Shown: piece after piece, positions 11,716 through 26,700 of the stretch
How the letters are laid out: every line of letters starts with the position of its first letter
Position numbering within the stretch: position 1 is the stretch's first letter
Assembly (NCBI GenBank): GCA_965112155.1
Contig: OZ218098.1
Direction: 5' to 3' (one strand)
Length of the DNA: 64,000 nt
DNA from: Podarcis liolepis
Lineage: Eukaryota
Position numbers and translations under genes: made by a program
Notes under the pieces: generated by a model
Databases searched by the model: none
Told to the model about the DNA's origin: nothing
What the model saw: the letters and a program-made list of their open reading frames with translations, nothing else

Positions 11716-14700
11716 GTTGTTGTTGTTGTTGTTGTTGTTGTTATTGTTATTGTTATTGTTATTAATTATCAATAAGTCACTTATGTGAACTGCATATTAG
11801 TTTATGCTTATCAAAATAATAACTAAAAAGGGTTGCTGACACACACACCCGGTGGCAACTAGACATTGTTTTGGCACCCACAACCCAGGTCCCAGGAGCC
11901 ATTTGGCTCCTAGCTTTTCTATGCCAGTTTATACTGCCATAAAAAGCTCAAATTGCTAGGCACAAGAATTGTAGAAATAGGAGTTCAGAAACAGAATCTA
12001 GAAGTCTGGACATAGACGATTTGAGTGCTTAATGTGTGTATTCCTGTTTACTTTTAATTTGGGGAAATTTCTCAAAGGACGAAACCTTCTCAAAGGCGTC
12101 CCCTGCCTTTTGGACCTCCTTGTAAAACTTTCTCAGGTGTGATGCTGAAAGTAGATCTTAGTTAAAGGTCTCTTGTTTACATCCAGTTATGTTTCTACAG
12201 CAACAACATGCACCCACATAGCAAAAAAGGAAATGTTCTCTATCCAGGGATTCTTTGAATCTCTAAGGAATCTGCAAGATCTTGACAAAAACAAGATGAC
12301 TTTGAAATTCTTAATTAAAAGCTTGGGCTTAAAGGATGCAAAAACCATACTAATGTAATGAAATACATTTGTGGGCTTTCTGGAAGCAGAACACAATTGG
12401 AAAACTTTACTGATCTTATCTTAACCTAAAGATTTGGGGGAGGAAGGTTCAATAGAAAATAGAGTGAACAGAAAAGTGCTGAGGAATACTGTTTGAATCA
12501 TCCAAGCAGAGTTCTGAACTCTTCATGTATGCTAGGCAGTGTGATGTGGTGTCTACAACAAAGATTTGTACTTCCATAAATAGGTAAAAAAATTGATATT
12601 TACCTTGACCAATGCCAGGACACTGTGCTAGTCTCACTTGCAGAGGATTTCATACATTGGTCACTTTGCAAAATCAAAGTATGTCTCATGTCTTATTTGA
12701 AAGCATTGAACTGTCATGGGGAAATGTCATGGGTTTTGATTTCCTTTTTAAGATGGGCCTGTCAATTCCATGCTATTCTGGTGCACTTGATAGTTTTTGG
12801 AATGAACAATTTTGTCAGTAGAAGCATTCATTTTTCGGGTCATGCTGTCTGTCTTGAAGCCCTAGACAGTATTCAAGCTTAGTTAATTACTGGTGGTTAT
12901 TGTATACTAAACAGGTCTGCTCAATTAGCCACCTGTTATTTTATCTAGGTGTGAAAGCTGGCAGCTAAGATGATAGTCTGACCCAAGAATGTGGCATGAA
13001 TCCTAATTAAACTGTATCAGACCTAATCAGGAACAGGTCTTGAATGCAGAAATGACATGCAGGTGTTTCTTAAAGTCAAGACAAGCAGTGAAAATGATTG
13101 GTAATCCTTCAGTTAACTTCTCTTAGGAAAACTGCTTCCTTACTAGTGTCTTAATATAGGCGTGTAATTTCTAGCTTTAGGTTGCGTGTGCCATATTACT
13201 CTCTATGTCAAGAGTAATATAGGTATATAACATGGATATATTTGTGTGTGTGCGCGCACACACACAGAGAGATTATATGTTATTTATCCTGGTAATCCTG
13301 ACATAGGTTCTGAAGTAACTGAAGCATGTGTGAGGGGTCATTTGGGTTAGTATGTACAACTCTTACAGATACAGTGGACGCTCGGGTTGCGAACGTGATC
13401 TGTGTGGGATGCATGTTTGTAACCTGCAGAGTTCGCAACCCGCAACAGCACATCTACACACGTGTGGGTTGCGATTCGGTGCTTCTGCGCATGTGCAAAG
13501 CACGATTTAGCGCTTCTGCTCATGCGCAACCGCGAAACCCGGAAGTAACCCTTTCCGGTACTTCCAGGTTTCGGCAGTCCGTAACCCCAAAAAAAACGCA
13601 ACTTGAAGCGTCTGTAACCCGAGGTATGACTGTATGTTGTTTCAAATGCTATGTATTGCAGGGGATTGGACTAGAGGAGCCTTGGGGTCTCTTCCAGCCC
13701 TACAGTTCTAGATTCTATGTATACAGAGGTCTATTTATGCAACAGGGCTTCCTCTCCTTTCCCTGCAATGCTCTCAAAAATTGCTCTGGAGGGTCCTCCT
13801 ACCCTCTGGAGCAGATTTTGAGGTTGCACAAGGGGGTTGCCTAAGCAAGATTGTGCAAGCAAGATTGTGCTAACAGGACAGCAGCATCGGATGTGAACCT
13901 GAGGTCTTTTCACTTCATTCTATTCTTTAAGAGTACTTTGCTTGTTTGGGTCTCAAGAAGGCAGAAAAGTTGTAAAAGCATTTTGATAATAAGGAATGTA
14001 CCCTTCAGTAGAATGGGGCAAGTCAGTTGATCTTCTGACTGTCCCACTTTGTGTATATACCAAGCACTGTAGAAGGTGAAGCATTTGATGGCATACTAAG
14101 AGGTTTGCAGGCAAACAAGTATATCCTTTGCCTCATTTAGTATGGAGAATCCATAAATAGGATAAACTTGAAATTAAGCTTGTAGTGTAGTTTGTCAGCT
14201 TTTTAATAGCAGAAAACTACATCTCAATGCCACAATAAGCTAAGCTGATGCTATCAGTGACAGTGTGCAACACAGGAGACAGGCGATACTGGGACCTGTA
14301 GTCTCTTTTTAAAATTAAACTGTTAATATTTCTACAGTTCACAAGTCAGTTTTTAAATGGCCATGTCATTTCCTGCGTAGCTTCTAAGCAAGGGAGTGAC
14401 TGCTTATTTGGCTTTGTAACTTGTTTTGTTTTTTTGTTTCCACATTGTTTGCTTTGTTAAAATTACTGCATGTATGTGAAACCAGTAAATGTCTGACTAT
14501 GCAAAACAGAATATAACAATTTGCAAAAGATCTTTTGCATCCAATCTTGTATTTAGCGGATTTTTGGGAGCAATTTTTTTCCTGACTGAATAATGGTCAT
14601 TCACCACAGTGACTTGCAGAGACGTGAAGCTGGATGGGCTGGTCAGCTTTGAGTTGCTAACCTTCCATTTCCAGCTCTTTCAAAATAGCCTAGCAAGTTT

Positions 14701-17700
14701 ATAATTGAACTGATGATGCAACAGAGGAGTTAGTCAGTTTTCCCCTGCAGGAGAAATTTAGCTCAGCAGTATACTAGATAGACACAGTTAATTCTGTCAA
14801 AATAGAATGAGCTGACCAATTCTTTTCTGGGCCAGAATTGCTAAATACCTCAGTACCTGGTTGAGTCTTAGCATCTTCGGATATGTCTGTGAGTGTTTGA
14901 AACTCCCATCGTTCTAGGTGCATTTTGCAACAGGGAATCATTAATGGTGAACAGCTTCTGAGCTCCGGGTGCAGTACTGTGCCCAAGATTTCAGATTAAA
15001 ACTGCAGAGTGGAAGGAAAGGAGGACCCTTTTCTGCCTCCTCACGTCTAGCTACTCTCTGAAGACTGGAGAAGAAACCCTCTTAAGAATATTATGGGGGT
15101 GGGTAGGGGAAGGACTAGACCATGTGAAAAATGAACATAATATTTTAGCTGCAGTTCATTCATTTTCAGCTTGTATTCTTGTTATAAAAAGGCACGCCTA
15201 GATATTCCATTGTTGCACCCATAACCTAGCTTTAAGGTGCCATTTAGCTCCTAGGTTTAATATATCTGTTTCTAACACTGGTCTGTGTAGATTTTCAAAC
15301 TGGAATGACTTCCCCATCCTGTAAGAAAGTGGGGGGGGGGGCTTACATGTATCCCACTCATGTGTGACTGTGCTTACGCAGGTCATAAATAAATAAATAG
15401 ACCTGCCCTTGCTCGGGACTACTGCCCGGAAGTCACTTGGGGCTGCCGCCCAAATGAGGGAAGGCAGCCTTTAAGTGACCAGCAGTGCGGGGTGAGAGAT
15501 GCCTTCTCTCCACCTCTGCCGCTCCACCACGTGTCTGCACCCCCATCTAGACCATCACAGCTACTTTTGCTTTTTATGCACAGAAGTAGCTTCACCCTCT
15601 TTATCTCTTGCCATGTGAAATTACTAATCCTGGTTTTATCTGGAAAACGTCCAAAAACTGTAGTAAAACTTGCATTTCAATGTGTATATCATGAGAACCA
15701 GTGAAGGGTAAGTATTAGTTTTGGATTATGCCCATTGTCCTAGGAGATCAGGGTTTGAATCCCTACTTAACCATGAATCTCATTGAGATTCTGCCAGTCA
15801 CTGTCCCTCAGCCTAACCTATCTCAAAGAGTTGTGATGATAAAATGGGGAGAACCATGTACACCACCTTGAACTGCTTGGAAGGAAAGGTGGTATATAAT
15901 AAATATAATAAATAAAATTTGTGTGTGGTAATATTAGAAACATGATTTAACAAGCTGATAAATCCTGCAGGAGACATAAATTCATATTTAAATAGATCCA
16001 TGCTCATTTAAACACAAGTGTGCAAATAACCAGTTGCCCAGGATGGCTACATTTCCCCATTAATTTGGACTTTAGAATCCAAGGAATATTAGCCTTTTGG
16101 TTAATATATAATATGTTGAGCTTTTATAGTTCCGGGGAAACTAGGTAACTGCAATGTGAAATACAGTGGTACCTTGAGTTACAAATGCTTCAGGTTACAA
16201 ACTCCGCTAACCTGGAAGAGTTACCTTGAGTTGAGAACTTTGCCCCAGGATGAGAACGGAAATTGTGTGCCAGCGGCAGCAAGAGGCCCCATTAGCAAAA
16301 GCACGCCTCTAGTTAAGAACGGTTTCATGTTAAGAATGGACCTCCGGAATGAATTAAGTTTGTAACTAGAGGTACCACTGTACAGCCACTGTGGATAAAT
16401 GTGGCCACTAGGGGGTCCAGTAGCAACATAATACCGTACTGAGCAAATCCTTTTACAGCCCAACTTGAAAAAAATAGGGAAATAAGGAAACATACCTATA
16501 TGGACAAGGCTGACATAGTAAAGTATCTGTCTAGCACTGCTGGAAGGAAGGTAGTGCCTAAGGCAGTGTTTCAGCAGGAGTATGGCTTAGGCTGGGTATA
16601 TCAGAAAGAGGAGCTATGACTTAACTTAATTAGTCACTTGTTTTTTAATATTACAGAGTTGAGTCCAGACTGAGTATTTGCAGGAAATAAACGGCTTCAG
16701 TTGAAGTGTTTGTACCTTCACACAAATGAGGCCCTCTTCAGGAAACCCTCATCCAAAAATTGCTCAAATTATTTCTGTGTCTCAAATCTTCCTAAGACAA
16801 TAGACTTGGGTGGAGAAGCTGTGGCCCTCCAGATTTTGTTGGACTCAACTTCCATCAGTCCCTGCCAGCATGACCAAGGATCAGGAATGATGGGAGTTGT
16901 AATCCATCATAACCTAAAGATCCATCCCTGCAACAGACTGACTTCATCGCAAACGTAGGCATTTCTGGATTATAGTTAATTTTCGTTTTACTACATTCTC
17001 AGGTCCGAGCTTGATTTGGTACACTTAGCTAATGATGTGCTTCGAGAAATGCAATTGGTTAATACAGGGTGAGTCCTTTAAAAGAGGCCCTATGAATACA
17101 GAGTACACATGTTCCACAGGGCCTCTTTTAAAAGACTCACCCTGTACATCTTAGGGGGCCACCAGATTCTGGTACAGTGCTTGCAGAATTTAAGGGAAAT
17201 AAAGAATCCAATTTCTTTGGAACTATCAAAAATCTGTCGATATGAGCAGGAAGTATAACACCAGGATGTTACCATCTTGTGTTGCCATTAGCCCCCATCA
17301 TGCTTTCCTCGAAGAGGCATTGTGTGAATAAAAGGGCTGTGCCACCTTTCCTCTGGGCCTACCCTGATGACACATGGCTTTTTTTGACCCTACCTTCTCT
17401 GTCCACACATTAGCATGGACATCTGAGGCAGGGAACACGATGCATGTAGACTTCCCATTTCAGGCCTCCACATTAATATGTAGATAGTGGTACTGCAGAG
17501 AGCCATGCATCAGGGTGGAACTTGAGACATAGCCATTGGCTCACTCTAGTAGTGAGAAAGGGCTATCATTCAACATCAATATGAAGTCACACGGAAAGAG
17601 CATTCAGATAAGTAATTGCACGTTTTTTAAAACTGATATAATTGTAAACAGGATCTCTTTACAGAAGGTTGTATTGGTTTAATCACCTATGCTCAAGAAG

Positions 17701-20700
17701 AACATGCAAGCACATGTTGTGCATGTACATTGCATATCTCAGGAAACTTGCTGCCATCTAGCTATTGGGTTCAAGACAATGGCTCCTCCAGTTCTCACCT
17801 GTCACTATTTCCACAGCGTGGTGCTATGAGACGACGTTATGAGGATGATGGCATCTCAGATGATGAAATTGAGGGGAAACGAACATTTGACCTCGAAGAG
17901 AAACTTACCACCAACAAATTTAATGCCGATTTTGTGGTCTTCATGGAAGGCAAAGGTAAGCATCATGCCAAGCTACCTTTCTAAGATTCAGATATCTGTG
18001 AGCTCTTTTTCCTATTGCAGTAATAAGCAACAAGTGTGTTTTGACTCTCTAGATGTGCTTAAGCACCATGTGTATTGGAACTCCAGCTTCCTATTTTAAA
18101 AGAACCAAATTGATATGCATCATGATTGCATAGAGTATTTGAAAATAAATTGTTCTACCTCTCACGTTTTACACTAAAGCATGGCAATATGGTGAGGTGG
18201 ATTTCCCTTAGGCTTGTGTAATCTTGTTTTTAAGCAGAACTCCATGGCCTGCCCAGCGTGAAGAACAATTACAAAAATGTATTTTAAGAACTTTTATTGT
18301 AGTTTCATTTCATTATTTGAAATTTAAGAGCGCCTTGTGAAATAGATCACAATTTTTAGGGTTCCAGGTAGGAAACAGGAGCCACAGTCATATCAGCCAC
18401 AGGCAAAAGTCCTCTCCCCCTCTCTCTCTCTCTATATATATATATATTCAAGATTATATTGTAAAAAGATAGTGCCCTTTAAGAAACATTTATTTTATTG
18501 TGGTCACTTATTCTCACAGTAACCAGAAATATAGGTACTTCTGAAACGCACTATCCATAACTAAATGGTGATCCTGATTATTATGTGATATTAATAAGGC
18601 GGCTTGGGGAAAATCTGCTAGCTATTTATCATCTAAATGAAAAGTTATAGTTCAGATTCTAGGAGCAGGAAGCTGGTGGTCTCCTAGAGGTCTGTCAGTA
18701 GTATACCTTGTGATCCTTATTGACATTATGCCCACCAGTACAGTGTAGTGTACAGATGTTATTTTCACAAGGAACTGTGGCCAGCCAAAGGCAATGATAC
18801 CATTTTTTATGCATCTTTCTGTGACGGACCCATTGTGATCCTTTCTAATATTGGGCTTAGTCATGGGACCTCTATCCAGACAGCAAAATGGGGCCACCCA
18901 CAGACAAGACAGTTCTGCATACAAGGTGGATTCCCCTGGGGTTGAGGAACATTTGATTCATGTGAGTGTTTTAAACTTTTTGCGTTCAGTAGGTTACCTG
19001 TGAATGGGCTGCATAGTGAATACTGCTGTTGTGAATGTAGAAGGGAAGGATGGCATATAGAAGGAAAAGCTTTTTAGAACTAGAAATGTCCCTTTCTGAA
19101 CTCAAGAGGACTTAACTCTGGGAAAATTCATTGCACCTAATTTTGCATTTTTACTACTTGTGCATCTCCTTTGTTGTCCCTTCTTGAGGCACCTGCTGGA
19201 CAATGTTGTCCTTGAAAAATAGCATCAGCTATCACTTAATGACTTGCATTACTGTGGGAAATTCTGTACGGAAATGTTTTTTGTTTTTTTTTAATTGGTC
19301 AGTTCCTCAGCTGTAGATAGGAGCCAAGATTTGGAATAGTTCTGAATCTGCTCCTTGGAAAGTGTACCACTTTGGAACGCAGCTGATTGAAATGTCTTTA
19401 AGTGAATGAGCAAGGGAATAGAGAAGGATTGGAATACTGTTTTGCCTTTCAACCTTGAAGTAGCAATTGGCCGAAATCCTTGCATAAGACCATCTGAAAG
19501 CTAGAGTGGATAATTTGGGCGGAGAATCAACATAAAGGTTTTTGTGTCAATGTCAACCCTTTGATTAACCAGTATTATATATGTATGCATGAATCTGAAT
19601 ACTCATAGATGTCTGCCAAATTAAGGGTCATGTGGTTGCAAGTGAATAATCTATTGCTCTGGACAGTGTCACTAGCATCCTTTATACTTTTTCTCCCTTT
19701 TTAAAATACAGCTTTTCCCCGGTACCTTCTTGTCAGCTGCTAGCCTCTCTTAACAAATGTTGTCTTCTCTCCTCCCGACAGACTTCAATGTGGAATATAT
19801 TCAGCGTGGTGGCTTAAGAGATCCATTGATCTTCAAAAATTGTGATGGACTTGGAATAAAGTGAGTATTGATGCAAAGTGTTTGCCATTAGTTAAGTTGT
19901 TCACTGATGCTAGTAAAGTAACCCTAATCAGGACTGGTGAAATGATGATATATAATGGGACAATTGCCTCAGGCAGTGGGCACAAGGGATAGCTAATTGG
20001 CATCTCACAGGCCCCTTATTTGATTAATTATTGGCTTGGGCAGCCAGCTGTCAACCCGGCATGGCTCTTTACCACCCCTTCTGCCACATCTTCCCTTCCT
20101 TGCTCTGAGAAATGATGAAGGTGTGAGGCCTTCTGGGTGTTGTGGCCAGAAGAATGCCTGACACCCAGATCAGTTGGCGGCAGTGGCTGTTTTAAAATTT
20201 GGGGGGGAATGTAAAGTTGCTTGTAACTTTAGAACAAAAATCAAAACCTAAGTTTAAAACTGTATTTCTAGATGACAACACAAATTGAGCTCAAGTAGTC
20301 TCCTGGCAATCTTGCTCAGAGGGCCTCACTGTGAAAAAGCCCCCTCCCCCCCCCCAAAAAAAACCCCCACATCTCTTCTTCTGAACAAGATAGGAAGGGG
20401 GTGGAGAAACTGCTGGCACTGCAAATGCAGCAGCAAAGAAAAATAAAATTTAAAAATGTATGAGAAGGCAGGGAGGAGGAAAGTGAGAAGGAAGAAGCCA
20501 GCACGACCAGCACTGCAAAAAGCAGTGGGGTACCAGCCTACCTCAGAGCAGTCCCTTGTGTGCAGAGCTTGACCTCAGTATGCAGCAAATTTCCCAGAAT
20601 GTGTCCCCTATATAGCTGTACAGAAGCTTCTAATTCAAATTCAGGATTCCATCCCAGCCAGTGGGTTAAATATTGAATCTCAGAAGCTGCAGTCATATTG

Positions 20701-23700
20701 TATCCAGTCCTGTTTGCTGGCATTTTCATCCTTGTTTAATCCCCACTACAGTAATAATCTTCTGACTCACTGAAAGATAGTGCAGCAAGGTCCTTGACTC
20801 GCAGCATGTGTAGTGAGTCTTCTGAAGTTGTACCTTCCATAAGGACCTAAGCCGGAGGTTTTCAACCTTTTTCGGTCCATGGCTCCCTTAACCAGCTACA
20901 TTCTTTCTGCGGCACCCCTGTGGGGCTCAGGAACCCAGTTATGTCACCCCTTGCCTGCAGAGCTGGGAGCCTCTCACCCTTTTTCAAACACCCTCCCTTG
21001 TGGAATGTTCCCTCAGCCTTCTCTCCCGTCTCCTTGGGAGTTACAGGGGCAGCTGCTGCTGCTGCCTCTGGTCTCTGAGCTGCCGCCCCCACTTCCCCAA
21101 AGAGAAGTGTCTCCTCACACTGCCCCACAGGGGCCTGGGAAGCACCCCCTGGCCAGCCCCAGAGGCCCCATTTGCCAGAGGAGCTTGTAGCCAGGGCTGC
21201 TGCAACAAACAGCTATGCAAGCTTTTGAGAGGCAGAGACGCAAGGAGGGAAGGAAAGAGGGACAGAGGCCAGTGTTGCCCACTGACTATCATTCAAGGTA
21301 CCCCAGGGTGCCACAGCACACTGGTTGAAAACCATTGACTTAAGCTGTGGGCCCAAAATGTTCCCTCTTGCTGCTTTAATCATGGGACAGAATACAGCCA
21401 TGGTTTGTTCTGCTTTCAAAGAACATTCATTCATTCAGTAGATTTATATCCTACTTCTCAACTAGAGTCCTCAAAGTGGCTAACAGCATTTCTAAAACAC
21501 AACAGATACCAAGAACCACAAGCACCTTCCTTGCTTCATTTTCCTCCCAGGATAATCTGGCACAAGTAATTGGTACAAACATGCCAGCCTGCCTTGCACT
21601 GATGCTACATGGCTGCAGCAATTTTCCATCTGCAAAGGTGTTTTTTAATTACATATATACACACTGCTGTCCAATATAAAATATTACTGCTACTTACTAC
21701 AGCGGCTAACTACAAGGAGTTAAAACAATAAAATGCACACAATAGTGTGGGGAAAGTCCAGATAAAATACTGAGTAAAGATGGCAGAAAAGCCTGGGGAA
21801 AATAAAAAGTTCTGGTGTCTGAACAACAGCAAAATATGCACCAGGCAAACCTACTTGGTGATAATTCCACAGCTTGGGTGCCACAACTGAGAAGGTCCTC
21901 TCAGATACCACTTGCCTTGCCTCTTTAGGAGAGCCAGACAGCAGTTCTGGGGCAGGTTTTGTGAAGGTATGTGTATCTAGGGAACTAACCCATGTGGGGC
22001 TTTAAAGGTATGTTCTAGTACTCTAAATTCTGCTTGGAAATGGACCAATAACCAGCAAAGATGTTTAATCACCTGTGAGAGATGTTCCCAGCCAGAGGTC
22101 CAGCTCTTGTGCAGTGCGTTCCAGTAGTCTAATCTGTAGGTTGCTAGCCACTGGACAGATTGAGGACAGGCTATCAGGGAGGGGCTGCAGCTGGCACATT
22201 TTTTTCAGTTTAGAGCAGTACCGAAACAGATGCACCTATAGTTGGAGAAAAGAAGCTCTAGAACTGGCTAAGACCATGTTAGGCAGTAAGTATAGCGCTC
22301 TCTCCCATCTGTATTCTTGAGAATTATTGCCCTTTAGAAAGTGAGCCACACTTGCAGTGACAGCAAACGAAGATGGGGGCACAGGATTTGTATGTTTCCA
22401 CATTTACTCTTTGAAGGCTGAAGCAAACCTATGAAGTTTTTATAGTTCGTGTCTGAAGTGCCCAGGATAAAATTGCATGGTGAAGGGCTATTGGGTGATT
22501 ATTGCATTAATTTTTATTTTATTTTTTTCATTTTACAGGATGCCAGATCCAGACTTCAGTGTGAATGATGTACGACTCTACGTAGGTAATTATGCACTCC
22601 TGTTTTTTATAGCTCAGAGTATCCACTGTGTGTAACATATGAACAATCTGAAATCTGACATGGAATTTGGTTTTCGTTACACATAATTTTTTTTATTTAA
22701 AAAAACCTGACTTTGTGGGAAAATAGCTGAAACTTCTTCAAAATCAGGGGGCTTTGAGCGGATAACCTATACCCTGTCCTCCCATACATTCTTTAATCTT
22801 TTTTCTATACTCTGGTGTCCCTCCCACCTTTCCTACTACAATTTCTAGCCAAAGTAGCCACATATTTCTGTGTCCTGATAGGGAGTCGAAGGATGGTGGA
22901 CGTCATGGATGTAAACACACAAAGGGATATTGAGATGACCATGGCACAGTGGGCACGCTATTATGAAACTCGAGAGGAGGAGCGAGAGAAGCTGTATAAT
23001 GTCATCAGCCTGGAATTCAGCCACACACGGCTCGAGAACCTGGTGCAGAGGCCAAATACAGTAAGCAGAGACCCTTGCCCTGCCAACATCACCCTGCTTT
23101 TTCCATTTCATTTGAATAGATATGGGGCTTGATAAGTTTTAATTTGAATTGTTTGAAGAAGGGAATTATTTCACATCCATTTGGGTAAATTCCAGTCAGC
23201 TGATTGATGTCAATTAGTTTTTACAGATACCTTCTGGTTCCTAACTAAATGTACCTGTAACACTACACTTCAAATACTCATAATCATATAGGGTGACTTA
23301 GATTCTCATATTTACCAATAGCCATCAATGTAAGAGAGGAATCCAAGATGTAACACATACTTTCAATAAAATCATTAGTGCTAATGAGAAATAAAGACGC
23401 TGTTTACAGTGGTGAGTGAAGTTAAGTTTGTGTAGTATGAATCATCTATGTGGCAGCGTAAGTTAACTTTTAAGGATGATACTTTATAGTAGTGTGAATC
23501 TTGTCCCTTCATTAGCTCAGTAGCAAAGTTCTGTATACATTGGCTAATGTAGTTCTGCGTGGTCATTTTGAACATTTTAAAGCTGCATGCTGTCAGTGCA
23601 CAGGTTCTTGCAAGAGCTTACACATTTAAATACAAATTAGTGTTCAGCAGTATCTCAGCTAGCTGCCCTAATTGAGTATAAATGTTGCAGGTTTTGTGAA

Positions 23701-26700
23701 GAGCAAACCAATATCCTTGAGTAAGTCATAGTTATGCAGTTAGCAAATGTGAGGGAAATGGCTTATTATTTTTAGAATGGTATGGATTCTTACAAACATG
23801 TAAACATTAAGGGCAGCTGGAGCAGAACTTTTCATTCCTGAATAATTACTTAGATGCAAGGCCACTCACCATTATTCCATCTTCTAGTCATGGTTGTAGT
23901 CTAGACTTTGTAATAAACTTCCATAGGAAAGTTATTGCTGATGGCAGTTGCAACTTGGGTGACATAGAATACACTGCTTGTAATGAAACATTGGATAGAC
24001 ATCGTACACAAGTGGAAATAAATCTGCAGAAGCTGTTTTACAAAATGGCCACAAGCCATGCTCTTGCAGCACCACTCCATCATGCAAAGATGCATTTACC
24101 ACACCTATGACCCATTCAGTCACCCCAACTCGGCTAGCTTTAATAAGCCAAGATGGACAAGGAGCTAATGAGCATGTGGTCAGCACATCACTGCAAGTAT
24201 CCTGTCCATATCCTCTGACTGCATTTACTAGACCTGATACCAAAAGACAGGGCTGGACATTACATTGGACATCTCAGTAGGCATCTAAATTGCTACGTAG
24301 TCAAGTGACTTTATCCTCAAAGTGTGCAGCCATACAGTTATAGCTAGACACCATGTACCCCAGAGGTGTATTCTCTGTTCGGAAGTAAGTAGCCTCCAGA
24401 CCACATGGAACAACTCTGCCGGACAGTTCCTCAACGATGCAATGGGGGCAGTGGAGTAGGATGTCTTTGCTGCCCTCACTGCCTCATGGTAGACCAGTTA
24501 GGAGCCCGAACACATGGAGCCCAAACCACATGGTAAACCAGTTAGGAGCCCAAACCAGTTAGGAGCCCTCCAAAGCGAGATTTATTTCACTTACGCTCCA
24601 GTCCTTGCCCAGTCCATTTCATCATCCACAGCTCCTTAGTATATCAAGGAGCAAAACAGACTCCACAGCACCAGAGTAATTGTGTCAATGGCTGTACGAG
24701 TCTCTGTTTCCTAGTGAAACTAGGACATAAACAGGATCACGCGCTTTATCCACTGGAAAACCCGCAAAGCAGTGAGGAATTCAACAGATTCCATTCATAT
24801 CGGGGAGCAGACTACCCTAACTGGTCCCCCACCCTTGCAGGGGAGAATCATTGCTGCAAGTCCAAATCTCACCAGGAAGTGGTCTGAGAATGACATGCCC
24901 CACCCCCTTTTCCAGACTACCCCGTTCAGCATGAAGCAAAGACTAAATCAAGGGCATGTCCTTCTCTGTGCATTGCACCGATGATCATTTGAGACAGGCC
25001 CATGGTTGCCATGAACGCCATGCACTCCCAAGCAAGACTTGAGGCATCCTCAGCATGAATGTTGAAGTCACCCAAAACCACAGTTCTGGGTTCCTCCAAC
25101 ATCACGCCCAAGACACCACTGGCCAGCTCAGCTATGGAGGCTGATGAGCAGCATCCCTAGCCTTTGGCCCAACACCAGATTGCAGGCCCTCCAGTCCCAC
25201 TCCAAGAAAGAAGGCTTTCCCAGTAGTGGTAAGTGAATTCCTGTGGACTACAGCAACAGCTCCGCACCCACTATGCCTGTCTGGGCTGATGTTGCCCCAA
25301 GTACCCAGATAGCCAAAGCTGAGTCAACTCTGGCCCACCCAGGTGTTGGTGATGCATCCCTGGTCAGCCTGTTCCTCCACAGTAAGATGATGAATTAGCA
25401 TGATGTATCCTCACCTCCAGGAGAGTGTCCACTATAACATAGGAACATAGAAAGTTGTCTTATACAAAGTCAGACCTTGTCATGCTTGGTATTTGCTATG
25501 CTGACTGACAACAGTTCTCCAGGGTTTGAGAGAGGGAACTCTCCCAGCCATACCTGGCAGATATAGAACCTGGCACCTTCTGTATGCCAAGCAGATGCTC
25601 TACCACTGAACTACACTCCTCCAATTGTCATCTTGTAGAGAACCCTCATTTGGAGATGTTGGCATATAATTTGTGTTGGCCCAACGCTTAGTTTGAGATG
25701 CACAATCCTAATTCTTTATTCTTGCTTTCCCCTCTACTATTGGCATTATAATATAATAAAACTAATGTACATATAACTTGTGAAGAACTGAGACATCTCA
25801 AAACATGTAGCTTGACAAATTTTATGGATGTAGATGTCATAATTCATGAGAGAAAGATTGCTGGAGGATGGCTGGCAGCCACTTTGGGAAATGGCTTTCA
25901 CAGACTTATGTCGACCAGCACATGATGTCTACTCAATTTTCTTCATTCCAAACTGTCATCTTGGTCATCCAACTGGAAATTTCTGTCAGTAACAACTTTG
26001 CTATGGAAAGCTATTACAGAATCAGGGCCATGGTTGAATAATTAATTGAGACATTAATAAGCTGAGTACTCATTTCATATCTGATACTTCAGGAATTTAA
26101 AATATATGGAGATCATAGTGCAATACTGTATTTGTAGCTAGAGAGTATGAGGTAAGTATTACTGAGAATGTACCTCAAAGTAAGTATAGCATTTTATATT
26201 CAGTTCATTAAGTTATTTTGACTGCCATTAGCAATTATGTTCTGTAGCAATGATGCCTCCTAGTAATTCTGCTGTCTACAACTTTGCTCTAATACCTGTA
26301 TGGTTTCAGGTTGATTTGATTGATTGGGTTGATAATATGTGGCCAAGGCATCTGAAGGAAAGTCAGACAGAATCAACAAACGCTATTCTGGATATGCAGT
26401 ATCCCAAGGTGCAGAAGTAAGTAGTTTCAGATGTTGTGTGTAACCACCTATGCACAAGGGCGAGATTTCAGAATGAGGTCTCTGCTAAAGCTGCCTCCTT
26501 AATATAATGCCCAAACTCTGTTTTCAGTCATCCAAGCTAGAAACCTAAAGGTTGTTTTTCCTAACATGACAGTGATACCGAACAGCCTTGCACACTATAT
26601 TGTCAAAAGGTTATCTTTATTTGATTGAAAATATCAGGAATTGCAAAAATAAAGTGGAGGTGGTTCCTGTTACAGCATTGTTGGGATGTAGTTCCCTGTT

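Noticed and set aside
24488-24570. Short direct repeats accagttaggagccc x3
   Set aside because: Local slippage duplication at the edge of a LINE remnant; no further structure.
25778-25812. Hammerhead-like gtgaaga-actgagacatctca-aaac
   Set aside because: Both core boxes deviate (GTGAAGA, AAAAC); at best a dead remnant.
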